Origin: Asterionella formosa
Taxonomy: Eukaryota
NCBI GenBank assembly: GCA_002256025.1
Contig: NKIB01012935.1
Coordinates: 1-64,000 of the forward strand
Reading direction: 5' to 3'
DNA length: 64,000 bases
The notes beneath the pieces are model-generated. The model saw only the letters and a program-made list of their open reading frames with translations. It ran no database searches and was not told the origin of the DNA. A program made the position numbers and the translations under genes. Below are positions 25,251-37,152 of the stretch, piece by piece. Numbering within the stretch: position 1 is the first letter of the stretch; each line of letters opens with the position of its first letter.

Positions 25251-26771
25251 CTTTCATATGCAAACAGTAAAGACACACATTGATACAGCTGTTTCCGGAT
25301 GGAGGGAGTAGAAACTTAGTATGCTTTCTCACTTTCCACGTTTGCGGAACAATAAATTTGTTTTGACAATTTCAGCTTTCATGACACACAATTTTATCTT
25401 GTCAAAGTATTTTTCCTGAATGCAAGTCATTCAATCTCATCTATGTGAAAAAACGACACGAAGAATTGGAATGCTCACAACAAGCGATTGACCTATAGAC
25501 AAAGACAATGTTTAGAACCAAACAATACCAGTGTCTATATGTTGAGCAGCGCAACTATATCCAGGAGCTCTACTTAAGTAGATACCAGGTACCAAATAGC
25601 CCAATGGATCTGACACGTCTTATTGCGACAATAGGGAATCCAGAGTCATGATTCAGTATAGCGATTTTGGGACTAATAATTTTAGCCAGCCAAGTGCTAG
25701 CGCCAATTCCTACATACATACAGCTCATTCATTGAGTCATCATATCTTCTCTTTTTAAGCAATTGCTAGAAATGGTTCTTCAACAGAGAAAAATTGATAG
25801 TGGCTTTGCACGTTCAGGGTGTGAGTGATGTAGATTGGATGATGCAACATGGGGTGCTGGAACTTGATGTCAATTGTACTGTGAATTCAAACTGTTGTCA
25901 TCATTGATTAAAAATTAATGTAATTACCGGTAGTCGTGCTCGTCACTTTCTTAGAAATTGGCCATGTCATCTATCTGACCATCACCAATGTTCAATCATC
26001 ACTGTTGATGTGTTAGTTTTAGATCAAATTTGGTCATCCTTGCATGTGCATAATTTGCCTGCATGACCCCTGAAAGAATGCTCTAATTTCATATGGTACC
26101 AATGACAACTTTCTCAACATGGCAACAACTTTGAATGATCCCAGGTTGATTTCTCATTCAATCCTGTTCCAGTTTCTGAGTTTGCAAACCTTCAAATGCA
26201 CTCGTCTCCTGAAGCAAGATCTCAAGGTGGTGGGCTCATGTACAAAATCTTTCATTAGGTTTGTGCCACTGCTTGGACAAATAAAAACCGGGAAATGCAG
26301 CATTTTCTAGGCTATCTATCTATAGGCTCAAACAAGCCAACATTTCCTTGTTGATGTTAGGGTAACCCCATTCCACGAAACTTAGTGTACTACCGGTAGT
26401 TAGGTAGTACACGACTAGAAGTACATTGAATCAAAATTGCCTCAACCTGGCATGGCTTGGCTTCAGGACCAGCATGTCCACCTTCAGTCCATGAACAAAA
26501 TGATCATCAATTACTAAAGCCCTAGAACTACTAGAACGAGAGAAACAAAGAACTGTCTTAAAAGCGAAGTATCGAGTAGTATGATAATGTTGGTTGATGA
26601 TATGTCATTTATGTTGTCGCTTTACGTCCAGGGCGCACTTTCTATTTTCCATACTTTAAAGTAGTAAACCTGTTCTTTGTTCTAAGTACCAACCGTCACT
26701 CGACGAATGCGTGACACAAATACATATCATTCATACATTGCAACAGCCAGAGCCACCAACGTCCATCTAGG

Positions 26772-27896
26772 CTACAAGAAATAGTCTGGTGGAGGATTTT
26801 TGATCGGTACACCTCGTGCTTCCTGTGGAGCGGCATCGAATATTTTAAACGATCGTTCCAAATTCTCATCGAGCTCCAATATGGCTGCCACATTTCCACA
26901 TCGGTAACAATAGTTAGGAGCACTCCAGACAGTCACTAATGCATCACTGAACATAGATCGATGGCCTTCCATGACCAATTGATGAGCTCTCGCAATCAAA
27001 TCCAGGTCGTTCCGTTCATTAAACATACTAACAATATCTCCACCGAACAAATACCCTGCACCCCTTGGCGATAAGCCCCATCCATCAATTTCTTCTGGAT
27101 CTGACCACATTAAGTCACACATAGCACCATCGTGAGGGACTTCTTGCTTTCGATCTATGACCCTGATTTGATCTAAAGTATTGATGCTAGGACTCAGCCC
27201 TCCGTGAACAGTAAATATCTTGTCTTCAATAATGGCAGAAAGAGAGAGGTAATCAAATATTTCCGTACAATACCTCCACACATTGACGCTCCCGTATTTT
27301 CGCAAGCATTCGTCGTAAAATCCATAGACCTGCGTAATTTGACGCGATTCATGATTGCCTCGAATGAGGGTAATGCGGTCGGGATATCTGACTTTGAGGG
27401 CCAACAGGAGCAGGAACGTTTCCACGGAGTAGTATCCGCGGTCGACGAAGTCACCAAGAAAAAGGTAATTCTTATCAGGGCATTCGCCTCCGACTTTAAA
27501 GAGTTCGACCAAATCGTAAAACTGCCCATGAATGTCCCCGCAAATCTGGCAGAAGCGAAACAGTAGTTGTGTGAACAACGAGATGAAATCGGCAGCAATG
27601 ACATCGCGGTAGTGTACAGAACGAAAGGATTATCTTACCGTCACCGGAGCATCCACTCTCTGCACATTGCTTTCATCAACCAGAATCTCTCGAGCTCGTA
27701 AGCAAAGTGCCTTGACCTCGCCCTCTCGCAAGTACTCACATCGCTTGAGACGCTCAATCTGTTCGTCCAAGCAGGAATTTCCGGACGCTGTCAGCGACGA
27801 CGCTGCCATGTTCGTTGTCAAGCTGCTTGCTTGCATCACGTGAGGAGGCATGACGGTCGCAGCGCCAGCTTCTGTAGGGTTTTTGGTGGCCATCAT
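26772..27896 (-). CDS. PPP4C: Serine/threonine protein phosphatase 4 catalytic subunit (2 exons: 27896-27639, 27545-26772)
   Basis: GDIHGQ, GDFVDRG, RGNHE, HGGLSP and [11 protein letters not shown] motifs, C-terminal DYFL; PP4-type [16 protein letters not shown] and [14 protein letters not shown] intron 27638-27546 joins APVT|ICGDIH; start ATG uncertain (27896 or downstream). Confidence 0.93.
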
Positions 27897-28047
27897 GGTG
27901 CTGGTCGGAATTCGGAAAATGCGGGCATTGGAAATAGAAGCAGAGACCTGTGACGACGGAGGCACCGTGCAGGCGGATGATACCAGGATTTCTGGCTATA
28001 TAGTCGTGGGGTGTGTGACAATCCACACACACGTTCCATTTTCTACT

Positions 28048-29101
28048 GGAAAGGCCATGCACGTTTTATGCGCACTTTTTCAGTTTCTTTCGACTCACTC
28101 CCTCCCAATGATTCCTCCAATGCCTACCGGAAGGGTTACTGGAAGGCTAGGTTGCTTTCCATTCTAAACTCGCTTAAGTAACTTTTTATGCCGTTAAATG
28201 ATCATTCATTAAGTCCAAATCGTGTTCCGATCGTCGTAATCGTGTCCACCTACTTCTACTGGCAATAGTACTCAGGAACTGGAAGACGGTTTGGTTATAG
28301 TGTTCACAAATCACTCAACAACTTCTAGTCGTAGTCAGCAAAATCTATTTGTATAGTCAGCAATTTCTAATCATTGTCAGCAAGTTCGAGTTGTTATCAG
28401 CAAATTTCTAGTCAAATGTAGTCACCAACTGGATCAGTAGTCATAAACAAAAGAGTCAAATTGAAAATATCAATAGACTATTATTTGATATTGTTGACTA
28501 GCAAATCAAAAAAATTGGTTCAACCTACAGATTACTGTAGTGTAGCATGTTGCATACAGTGAAAGTGTTGTATCTTGTCATAACTTCGTCGTTTTGAATT
28601 GTGCATCATCTAAACTACATAAAGCAATGTGCCATCGTCTCAGCAACTTCAATTTTCGTTGTCATTACTAGTGATCTTCTACAATTGTATTGTATGTATC
28701 ATGCATAATATATGTACCAAATAGCATAGCATCATTCTCATTTTCCATGGAGAAATTCGTAATTTCCGTCATGGTCAAGGCGTAGATGGCATGATGCAGG
28801 ATTCTCCAGGAAGGCCCAGTAGCATACTTTTATATGCATTTCTTCAGTTTCGACTCACTCCCAATGACTTGTCCCATGCCTACCAGACCAGATAAACTGG
28901 CTTTACATTCCAAACTTTCTTAAGTAACTTTCTATAACAATGTTAAATCATCCTTCATTAAATCCAAGTCGTGTTCTGATCATCGAAATCATGTTCACCT
29001 ACTGCTACTACTGGTAATGGTACTATTCAGCAACTGGACGACAGTTTCGTTATAGGATTCATAAACCGCTCATTAACTTCTAGTCATGTTCAGCAAATTC
29101 T
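28048..29101 (+). repeat. Two diverged ~300-bp direct repeats (28048-28350, 28809-29101), likely DNA-transposon end fragments
   Basis: Both begin GGAA(A)GGCC and share TTCGACTCACTCCC...TTAAGTAACTTT...ACTTCTAGTC; GTCAGCAA subterminal-like repeats follow. Confidence 0.7.
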
Positions 29102-30303
29102 ACCGGACCTTCCACCATCATATTTATGTGTATGATAGCAGCAGTTGCAATGATGTCGCTAGCTTTGTGCTCGGTACCAGTAGTAGTTAACCACTAGCAC
29201 TAGCTTTGACTATGAGTCTAACTTGGAGTTTAATCTTTTATGACTAATAGGTCCCTGGTAATATTATGCACTATGAATATGATAAGTACATTAAAAAATC
29301 AAGTACATGGGCAGTCCACTGCCCAAGCACCCCAGCCATCTGGGCCATGGCAGAACACAACAGCAACAAATGAAATAGGTTACCAGTACTCCCTCTGGGC
29401 GAAAGCAATTGCGTCAATTTGAAGCAACTCCAGTACTGAGTAGCTTATTTCTAGGACACATTACGTAGAAAATTTATCATTTTTCTATGTGAGGCTTGGC
29501 TTCCTCAAAAAAGTTAGTTATTTAGAAGTGAGTATAAGCTCGTAATCAATAATTAAATTATTAGCATCTAAATAAATTATTCGAAACCAATTTAACATAT
29601 AAATATTGTTAGTGTACATGTACATATCACCAAATGCTGTTTTACTTTGGCCAGCCCTTCAAATATTTGCAGGAAACTGAATGCAACATATCACTATGAT
29701 AATTATAGCATGAATAGAGCACATGTTGTTTCATATATACATTCTATGGTTGTTGCACTTACATGAATCATACCACCAGACATATGATGATTCTAATCAT
29801 CAAAACAAGCGCACCATTGTTTTCTGCCTTCCCATCATTGCCACTTTCCATGATCAATGTCAAGTTACTGTTGTTCTATGACACTGTCATGTCCTGCTTT
29901 GTATGTATGTAGAGAATAGATGGTTTGAAGAAAAAGGATCCTCATACATCTGCATTTTGCTCAAGATGGCCATAAGTGAAAGTCGAAAAAGCGCAAAAAC
30001 TTTTTGAAATGTAGTTGCCAATTTCAAATTAATACATATATATCAAATATGGATCTGTAGCTAAGCGCAAGGCACACATTCGGGCAATTAAGCCAGAGAA
30101 AATTGTAGGAGTCAAAATGGCCCAAGAGAAATTTTAAGAATTGATGCAATTGTTTTCGCCCAGAGGGATTACTGGTAGTACATATGCGCTATGCAAATGG
30201 TTACTCTTTCTGTACATGTCCTGCGGGCAACAACACGACAACATCCAGAATTCATCTATTTCGCTTTGGCTCTTGTATCCAGTTTGCCCCCCTCCTGCCC
30301 AAG

Positions 30304-31374
30304 TCAGATGTTATTGTTATCCGTGCGCGAGTCTCTCTCGTCTTTACCATGAGAGCAAGGCTTTGATTGAGTCATCACAGCAACTTCCCAGGGGTTCCAT
30401 TCTTCCTTATGTGGTTTAGAATACCGGGGTTTAAAACAAGAGGCGCGATTTTTTTGCAAAACAAAAATCAGGGAAGCAATTTGCTGACACATTTTGGGAG
30501 ACACTGCCTCCAGCAGTAAGGCAGGTAGGCGAACCAATAGGCGCAATAAAAATTCGCACCCATAGATTTCCACTAAGGGTATGTTTTTCATTCGTTCCGT
30601 AATGAATAGGAATTGCGCACGTTCCGTTGGATACAGAAGACAGACGGGGAGAGCCGATTCCAACAGGTCGGAGAGGGAAGAGACAAACTTTTGGGATTTG
30701 GACTCAGCTGCTTCCATGTTGGCTTCGTCCGGTGCTTGTGCTTTCCTTTGGAGTCTTACGTAGTGCTGCAAGACACTATGTATAGTAACCGTTGCTGGAA
30801 GGACATGTACATCACGAGCTGGGGCCCAAGGCGTAAATCCATCATAGCCTCCTTCAAATCCAAGTCGCATAATTCGGTCCTTGTCGTCCGCAAGAATTGT
30901 TTTCAATGTGAAAGGTAGCTCGCAATAGTCTCTTAACGTCAGTTTTAAGCCCCCTTTGGGCCCTTGTTTTATTGAAGGGGAGATGTTGTTTCCGTGAGTG
31001 GTGCCAGCCTTTGACTTGGCAATGGCAGGTTCCGTAGTGTCAGATGCTGCGTGTTTGCGCTTCCGTAGCTGTTTCTTCATGGCTTCGACGTTCGCCTCGG
31101 ATGCTTCCAAGATGTCCTTCTCTTCCAACCACTTGTCCCATCGGGCATTCCAGCCCAAATAATGGACAAAGTAACGCCATCCATTCTTCTTGTATTGAAA
31201 TTTTCGAATGATGCCTTCGTACATGGAATCCTTATCGGGACAAAGGACCTTTTCTTCCTGCCGAAATTTCGGATCTTGACTAACTAGTAACGCGCTTGGT
31301 GGCGACAACTGATCTGATACACGGTCCATTTGCATTTTTGGGTCTTGATTGTGTTCGCTATTTTCATTCATCAT
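30304..31374 (-). CDS. EAF3: MRG15/EAF3-like chromatin protein (Tudor-knot/chromo-barrel + MRG domain)
   Basis: YFVHYLGWNARWDKW chromo-barrel; LPFTLKTILADD, LPATVTI, LLYPTERAQF and IYGCEFLLRLLVRLP MRG motifs; intact ORF, first ATG 31374. Confidence 0.88.
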   Translation of the reverse strand: MMNENSEHNQDPKMQMDRVSDQLSPPSALLVSQDPKFRQEEKVLCPDKDSMYEGIIRKFQYKKNGWRYFVHYLGWNARWDKWLEEKDILEASEANVEAMKKQLRKRKHAASDTTEPAIAKSKAGTTHGNNISPSIKQGPKGGLKLTLRDYCELPFTLKTILADDKDRIMRLGFEGGYDGFTPWAPARDVHVLPATVTIHSVLQHYVRLQRKAQAPDEANMEAAESKSQKFVSSLSDLLESALPVCLLYPTERAQFLFITERMKNIPLVEIYGCEFLLRLLVRLPALLLEAVSPKMCQQIASLIFVLQKNRASCFKPRYSKPHKEEWNPWEVAVMTQSKPCSHGKDERDSRTDNNNI

Positions 31375-31689
31375 GCTGCACTGGAATACTACCGCAGTAT
31401 CGGGGCTCGTTGTCAATCAGTTTGAAATTGAATATAGCTACCGGCATGCATGCCATTGTGACGGAAGCAGCGACTGTAGCGAGATGAATGAAATCCAAGA
31501 ACTGTGTCGCATGAATTAATTTCGAATTCACTTAACTACCGGTATAGTACCGGTACTACACTGAGGTAGCTACAATATGGTAGTGCTCCCTTTGTTCAAC
31601 TACGATATAGTTGAAAGTAAACTTCACGCCTTCGCCGATCATGACGAACAAGCGCAAGCTTCGATAATTCTCCGAACAGCCCTTGGCGG

Positions 31690-31815
31690 TAGGTTCCTGC
31701 ATTTCAACCCTAGATTAGAGGTAGGGTTAAAAACATCAGTCAGAGTAGTCAAACATACACTTCTAAGGAGTAAAATGTAAACGTACATCACTAAACGGAG
31801 CTTCCACCAATAAAT
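31690..31815 (+). repeat. Terminal fragment of GGTT...AACC MITE family
   Basis: AGGTTCCTGCATTTCAACCCTAG...GGAGCTT(C/T)CACCAAT aligns with 40911-41030 and, inverted, 43440-43566. Confidence 0.75.
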
Positions 31816-31849
31816 AAATTAAAGCAAAACTAGACCATGTTGATAGGTA

Positions 31850-33958
31850 TGAACCAACCTTCGCAATGCCCTTGATACTACAGGAGGATTCTATTGGCTA
31901 TGATGACCTATAGAGATGGGATAGTAGAATAGTTTGCTAGTGACTATGAGTTTTGTCTAGAGCAGCTTGCAGACATCAAGCCTGAACATATCTACAAATG
32001 GATGGCTGTGCAGACTTAGTACTATGGTAAACCAAACCCAACAAGCCAAAACGGCAATCCAATACATGGCAGATTAACCTCATTGGAATATTACAAGAAG
32101 GCATTGTCCTACCTCATGTCTCGCCAGCTCTCGACTTGGAATGTCATGACCAACTGTGGAAAACCAACCAGGCAGATCTGCACTTGTTCTGAACCTACTA
32201 ATCAAGGCTGTAAAGAAAAAGGAGTTCCGCAAGCAAGGAAAGGCATCAGCAGGAACACATCATCCTCTTCAAGCCCAAGAATTTACCAACATAATCACTC
32301 ACTTCAAAGATGCAAAGACAGTACCCGCCGCTACCAGCTGGTTTCTCGATGTTCCTTCCAATTCCACATGGTTGGCCGGATGCCCTGAATTAGGAAAACT
32401 TGAAACCCAATCTTCGGTTTCTTGCCTTTACCCTGATAGTATGTCAGCTGTGTTGGTCCAAGAATGTCAAGGATGAGAGGGATGCACCAGATCAATTCCT
32501 CATGAGTGCAATGGAGCCACAGTATTTTGTGCTACTTAACTTGGTAATCCACCTCGATACAGAAGAATGTACAATGGCAGCTCACTGGAGAATGACTGGG
32601 TGTTTCCTGCCTCTTTGAACCGATATTCCTCAGAATGCAAAAAATAAGGCATATTGTATCCTACGAGATGAATTTTGGTCAGGCAGTGAATTCAACAACA
32701 AGCTACACAGGCATCATTAGATTAATCGGAACACAAAGCCTTCATACTAAATATCCCTCAACCCATGCACGAAGGAATGGGTGCTCCTGCGATGATATAG
32801 GCAGATTTCCGCGGTTGCTGGAAATGACACACAAAGCAAGTAGGCACTTAGATTGATGTTGATCTTCCATGATATCCTGATGACAAGGTGGCAGCAGCCC
32901 TGTGTATTGGATGAGCATGTAAGTATGTGCTCAAAGAGAGTTGCGTTGTGACTGGCTGATGATTGGATTTTCGAAAGAACTGTTGCTCCAAATATCCGTT
33001 TGCAGTTCCCATGTGAAGTAGCACAGACGCTAGCACTGCCACTAGTACTATGTGCCATTTTTGAGCCACGCCTACAAGGCTACCTACCAGATATACTGAC
33101 AGGGCCTGTCAGGTCGGAATGCGCATTTGTGCCTCGCCATCCAGTAGCTGGTTCCAATCCAGTGGAGAAATTTCCTATTATTACTGGTGCAGAAGGTGAG
33201 ATATATATTGACGAAATTGGTGCGGATCTCGATCAAGCTGGCTGCCTGGTAGTGGTGTATGCAAGGTGGTACCACAAGGGGAACCGCCAGCAGATGGAGC
33301 ACAACGACGACTAGCTGGAGCTGGTCAGCAGAGGAGGAATGAGGTACTCAGGCTGTGTTCACTACAGAAGGAAACACAATGAGACATGAAGCAAGGAGAT
33401 GCAGGCGCAAATACTAGAGGTGGTACTCAAGACAGCTATGCCAAAGGGCATGACAAAGTTGAATACAAGTCTCAATCGCCTTACAAGAATGCCTGGTCTC
33501 AAGGTCGCCCCTGTATCTGTGCCAAACTTTTAATGACGTAAATTTCGAATTTCAGGCTCCATGAGTTAATAAAAATCAAAACGACAATGAAAACCAAGTC
33601 GAACAAGATGTATTCAGATTAGACGTGGGCGTAATGCTTCTGGAGCCAGAATATCACAGCAGTCTTAGTAGGACCTCAAAGACACTGTTTGTACTCTGGC
33701 AGAAGCTTGAAGCGGGAATTGGTGGTCGAGAGCTCTTCACAAAGGTTGAAAGGGGGCATGTGGTAAAGTCCCTCTAGTGTTGGCGCAAGTTTTTTTCGGG
33801 AAGCAGTGGCATCATGCTCAGTTCGAGCTGGATATACTGTTCATGTAGCCATTGACTGCATTTATGAAGCATATGGTGTTGAAAAAACGGTCTCCCAGAT
33901 AATCAAACAAATGATGAAGGATTGTCACAATGGTGGGCATCCACTTCTACAAGTTTAG
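31850..33958 (+). pseudogene. Crypton-type tyrosine recombinase with C-terminal GCR1_C-like domain, degraded
   Basis: IKPEHIYKWM, LEYYKKALSY, LIKAVKKKE.RKQGKAS, WSKNVKDERDAPDQ, IGT(Q)SL(H)..KYPSTHARRNGC, DVDLP.P.DKVAAALC; terminal VRAGYTVHVAIDCIYEAYGVEKTVSQIIKQMMKDCHNGGHPLLQV*; many frameshifts. Confidence 0.75.
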
Positions 33959-35198
33959 GTTCCTGGAAACAACAATACATCATAGACTAGTAGCATTAAC
34001 ACTAAAATGTATTCTAGATTTTCAATATTCTACAATCATGTAGCAGCAAGCCAAAAATTTGTCCTCCACATCGTCATTGCTTTCTTCAGAATCAACTGTG
34101 GTGATGGCACCAATTTCCTGTCGAAGTTTTTCCAAAAGGGGTTTTGCAATGCATCATCATTGGCACTGAACACTAAAACTTACCTTTTTCTTCAAAATTA
34201 ATTTGTAACAAGGCCAATGACAAAATAATTGGAAATGATAAAACCAATCTCTCCAGCATTCTGAAGTCTTCGTAATGCGTAAAATACATGTTGTGCTTCT
34301 CTCCGGTGTGGCCCTAACAAGCAAGGTGGCGCATCAAGGCACTGAAAATTCATAGAATCCAATGCTGTGTGACTTGAGAGCTGCTCTATGACCACTAACC
34401 ATCTTTGTTTTGTCGTTGTCACTGCATCCTTTGCAAGTTTGGATGCACATAGCAACACGGTCAACTGCAGCAAACTTAATTATGCAAATGTCGACTTTTC
34501 AGAAGGATAGTAAAAAGGTCACCATTCAATTTCTTGCCTTCCACTCGAATTAGCTAGGGGAGCGTTGGGACAATTCTACTCCATCAAATGAAGCAGAGCT
34601 TCTACAGTTTCAGCATTCAAATCAATAGCAGCCAATGTAAAATCAAGGGGCAAAGCTACATGAAGTGTTCCTGCAATTACAACCTCCTTGGCAATTCCAC
34701 TCAATTGACTCAAGTGCAATCCAGCAGATGCCAAAACCTCCTTCAGCATCGCCACCAGCATTGCTCGTCAAGTTCCAAAAGAGCGTCAGAATATGCTTTG
34801 GCTTCAGTATTTTGATTCCGCTCGTTCCATCAAGTATTGAATGATATTTCCAAGGATCTGGACGCCTGCAATTGACGAAGATTAACAGGCGGTTTACATA
34901 TGCTCACCAGTGAGCGATATTACAATCATCACCTACATCACATATATCGGGTATACACCCATACTGCATTCTATATCGCTACCGGTAGCTTTGTACACAG
35001 TGCTGAAGGCAATACACGCCCGAGGTGGTCTCTTGCCTGCGAGTATACATGTGTTCGAGGCTGGGTGGCGCAAGTACTAGGTTGACCGTATGAGTGGCGC
35101 CCCCGGCACTGCAAGAAGGTCACACTACGAGTGCCTTCCCAGCCGAGTACACATGTATACGAGAAGGCAAGTAGCCGCCGTGAAGGGTATTGTTGAGG

Positions 35199-35830
35199 CA
35201 ATTCCCGCTCTACCTATCGTTGCGTCATTCGCTTACCTACTACCCACAAATAAAGCATAAATGTCAATTTTAGCGTACTATTGCCCATCATATAAAATAT
35301 ATTTTGTTTATTTCCTATCTTCACCTCGAAAATTGCGAAAGGTCCGATATTGCCCCATCATTAAAATACAATTTTTTTATTTCATATGTTCGAATGTTGG
35401 CAAGACAACAGACGCCAATTGCCCCTCGGTTTTCCAGCCCTGGCTGGGATTGCCGAAATCGGCAAGGGGTCTACTTAAGGAACCCATTTTATATACTACG
35501 CAGATTTTCAAAATTTATATCTGCAATTCACCTCGTTTTTGTTTGTCTCCTGAAAAGTGGACTCCGGCAATTCACCTTTCACCATGCCAATTGTCGTCCA
35601 TCATAACCGGGTTGAAGCGAAATCAGTTCCGCGATGACGCCAGTAGCAATTCGTTGTCTAACGGATGCGGTTGGTTGTTGGATTGCTTGTGTTCTCGAGG
35701 TTGTCATGCTAAAATCGGCAATTTTAATGCCGAAAAATTCGATATGCCCCATATTGCCCTGAAATAAAAATTACTTAAGAAATTACTTAGAAGTACCCGA
35801 GTGGCAAGACGATAGCTTGAGCGGGAATTG
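35199..35830. mobile_element. ~630-bp MITE with imperfect TIR CAATTCCCGCTC.A.CTATCGT and TATTGCCC subterminal repeats
   Basis: Left CAATTCCCGCTCTACCTATCGT vs reverse complement of right end CAATTCCCGCTCAAGCTATCGT; no clear TSD. Confidence 0.65.
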
Positions 35831-36069
35831 CTAGTTGATTGCTAGTACACTAGCTTTCACCACGGTCGTAAAAGGTTGCACGGTGGGTTGAAATTCTTGC
35901 ATGTACCATCCTGGTACTCCAATAGTTAACTCGCCACAATAATTCCTTCCGACGGCGTTGCAAAACAGAGTATGATTCAGTCACAATCGTTCTGCTTATC
36001 ATTCAGTTATGTGCTTGGATCGTTGAACTTTTAAGCTACCCCGACCCGTGGCCCTGTTCCTTGAGAAGA

Positions 36070-37107
36070 ATGTCACAGAAATCGGATACTCTGTCTCAAA
36101 TTGGCAAAGACCTTCTCAAGGCAGTCGATCTAGCAGATCAAACGCTGTGCGAAGAGCTTGTCGATGCAATTGAAAAGGAAGGTAGCAACATGACAATAGC
36201 ACTACTAAAATCTTCCAATATTGGGACATTGTTGGGGAAGGCCCTCAAGGGTTTCAGACGACACAAAAGAACCGACGGAACGGCGTGGGAATCTTTGGTA
36301 GAGAGCGGCACTCGGTTGGTTCACCAATGGAAGTCAGCAGTGGCGACAGAAGAGAAAGAAAAGAGCAAAGAAGCGAGAGATATCGTTAATCATCTAGTTG
36401 GACTACCAAAGTCGGTATCAGAATACAAAGATCGACTAACGAAACATTCCAAGGAACTCTTCAAGGATCCTCCTGTGTTGCCACCAACGAAGATTGATGT
36501 TGGCACCACTCAGTTCGGATTGCCGAAACGAGACCCCAAGTCTGGAGTTTTGTTCTTTCCTGGCGTGACCAATAAATTCACTCCCAATAAATCTCCCGAA
36601 CAAGTGCTTCGAGGGGGTTCCTTTGGAGGTACATACTTTCGTCCAATTCATTCCGCAGTAACGAACGTAAAGTATACGTCAAAGGATGCACTAGAATCCA
36701 GCATCGACCCCCGTTGGATTGTTGGCATTGACAAGGCTATGATGTTGACCAGTGCAACGTATCGTGTAAAAGTCAACAAGTATGGAGTTAAGTGTGGTGG
36801 GTCACTAGGTATGTGGGAGTCGAGTGGTTGGATCGCTGAAAGCGATCCTTATGGGTGGTTTCAATGGTATTGTCGGTTTTACCAAGGGCGTCGCTGCAGT
36901 GACGATGATCGGCAAATATCTAGATGGTTGAAATCAGCAGGCCCAAAAGGTCGTTTTCGCTCGCAGCTTTGCAACAAGATATTGCAGGCGAAGGCGAAGT
37001 TTGACGATGCAAATATATCACCAGTGATTCGTCAGACATTGCTACATTGGGGATTGGAAATCGACGAAAATGTTTTGGAGGAGCATAGAAAGCGAGTGGG
37101 AAGATAA
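36070..37107 (+). CDS. Conserved hypothetical protein: TFIIS-N-like helical N-terminus fused to a FGGTYFR / DPYGWFQWYCRFY domain of unknown function
   Basis: Intact 345-aa ORF. N-terminal MTIALLKSSNIG...LVHQWK resembles TFIIS N-terminal/Med26 domains. C-terminal PNKSPEQVL..GSFGGTYFR, NKYGVKCGGSL..WE..GWI...DPYGWFQWYCRFYQGRR.DDDRQISRW and SPVIRQTLLHWG form a motif set I recognise as widely conserved. Confidence 0.85.
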   Translation: MSQKSDTLSQIGKDLLKAVDLADQTLCEELVDAIEKEGSNMTIALLKSSNIGTLLGKALKGFRRHKRTDGTAWESLVESGTRLVHQWKSAVATEEKEKSKEARDIVNHLVGLPKSVSEYKDRLTKHSKELFKDPPVLPPTKIDVGTTQFGLPKRDPKSGVLFFPGVTNKFTPNKSPEQVLRGGSFGGTYFRPIHSAVTNVKYTSKDALESSIDPRWIVGIDKAMMLTSATYRVKVNKYGVKCGGSLGMWESSGWIAESDPYGWFQWYCRFYQGRRCSDDDRQISRWLKSAGPKGRFRSQLCNKILQAKAKFDDANISPVIRQTLLHWGLEIDENVLEEHRKRVGR

Positions 37108-37152
37108 TTATGCGTGGCATTGATTTCCGCCATTGCTATTGTCTAGTTTAAA

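Noticed and set aside
24960..29760. Inverted repeats flanking PPP4C as one gene-capturing transposon
   Set aside because: The apparent termini face the gene and the repeats extend away from it; copies are diverged and there is no TSD, so they are better read as two separate insertions
34000..34860. Possible decayed minus-strand gene or hAT transposase next to the MITE
   Set aside because: No recognisable motif in the frames I read
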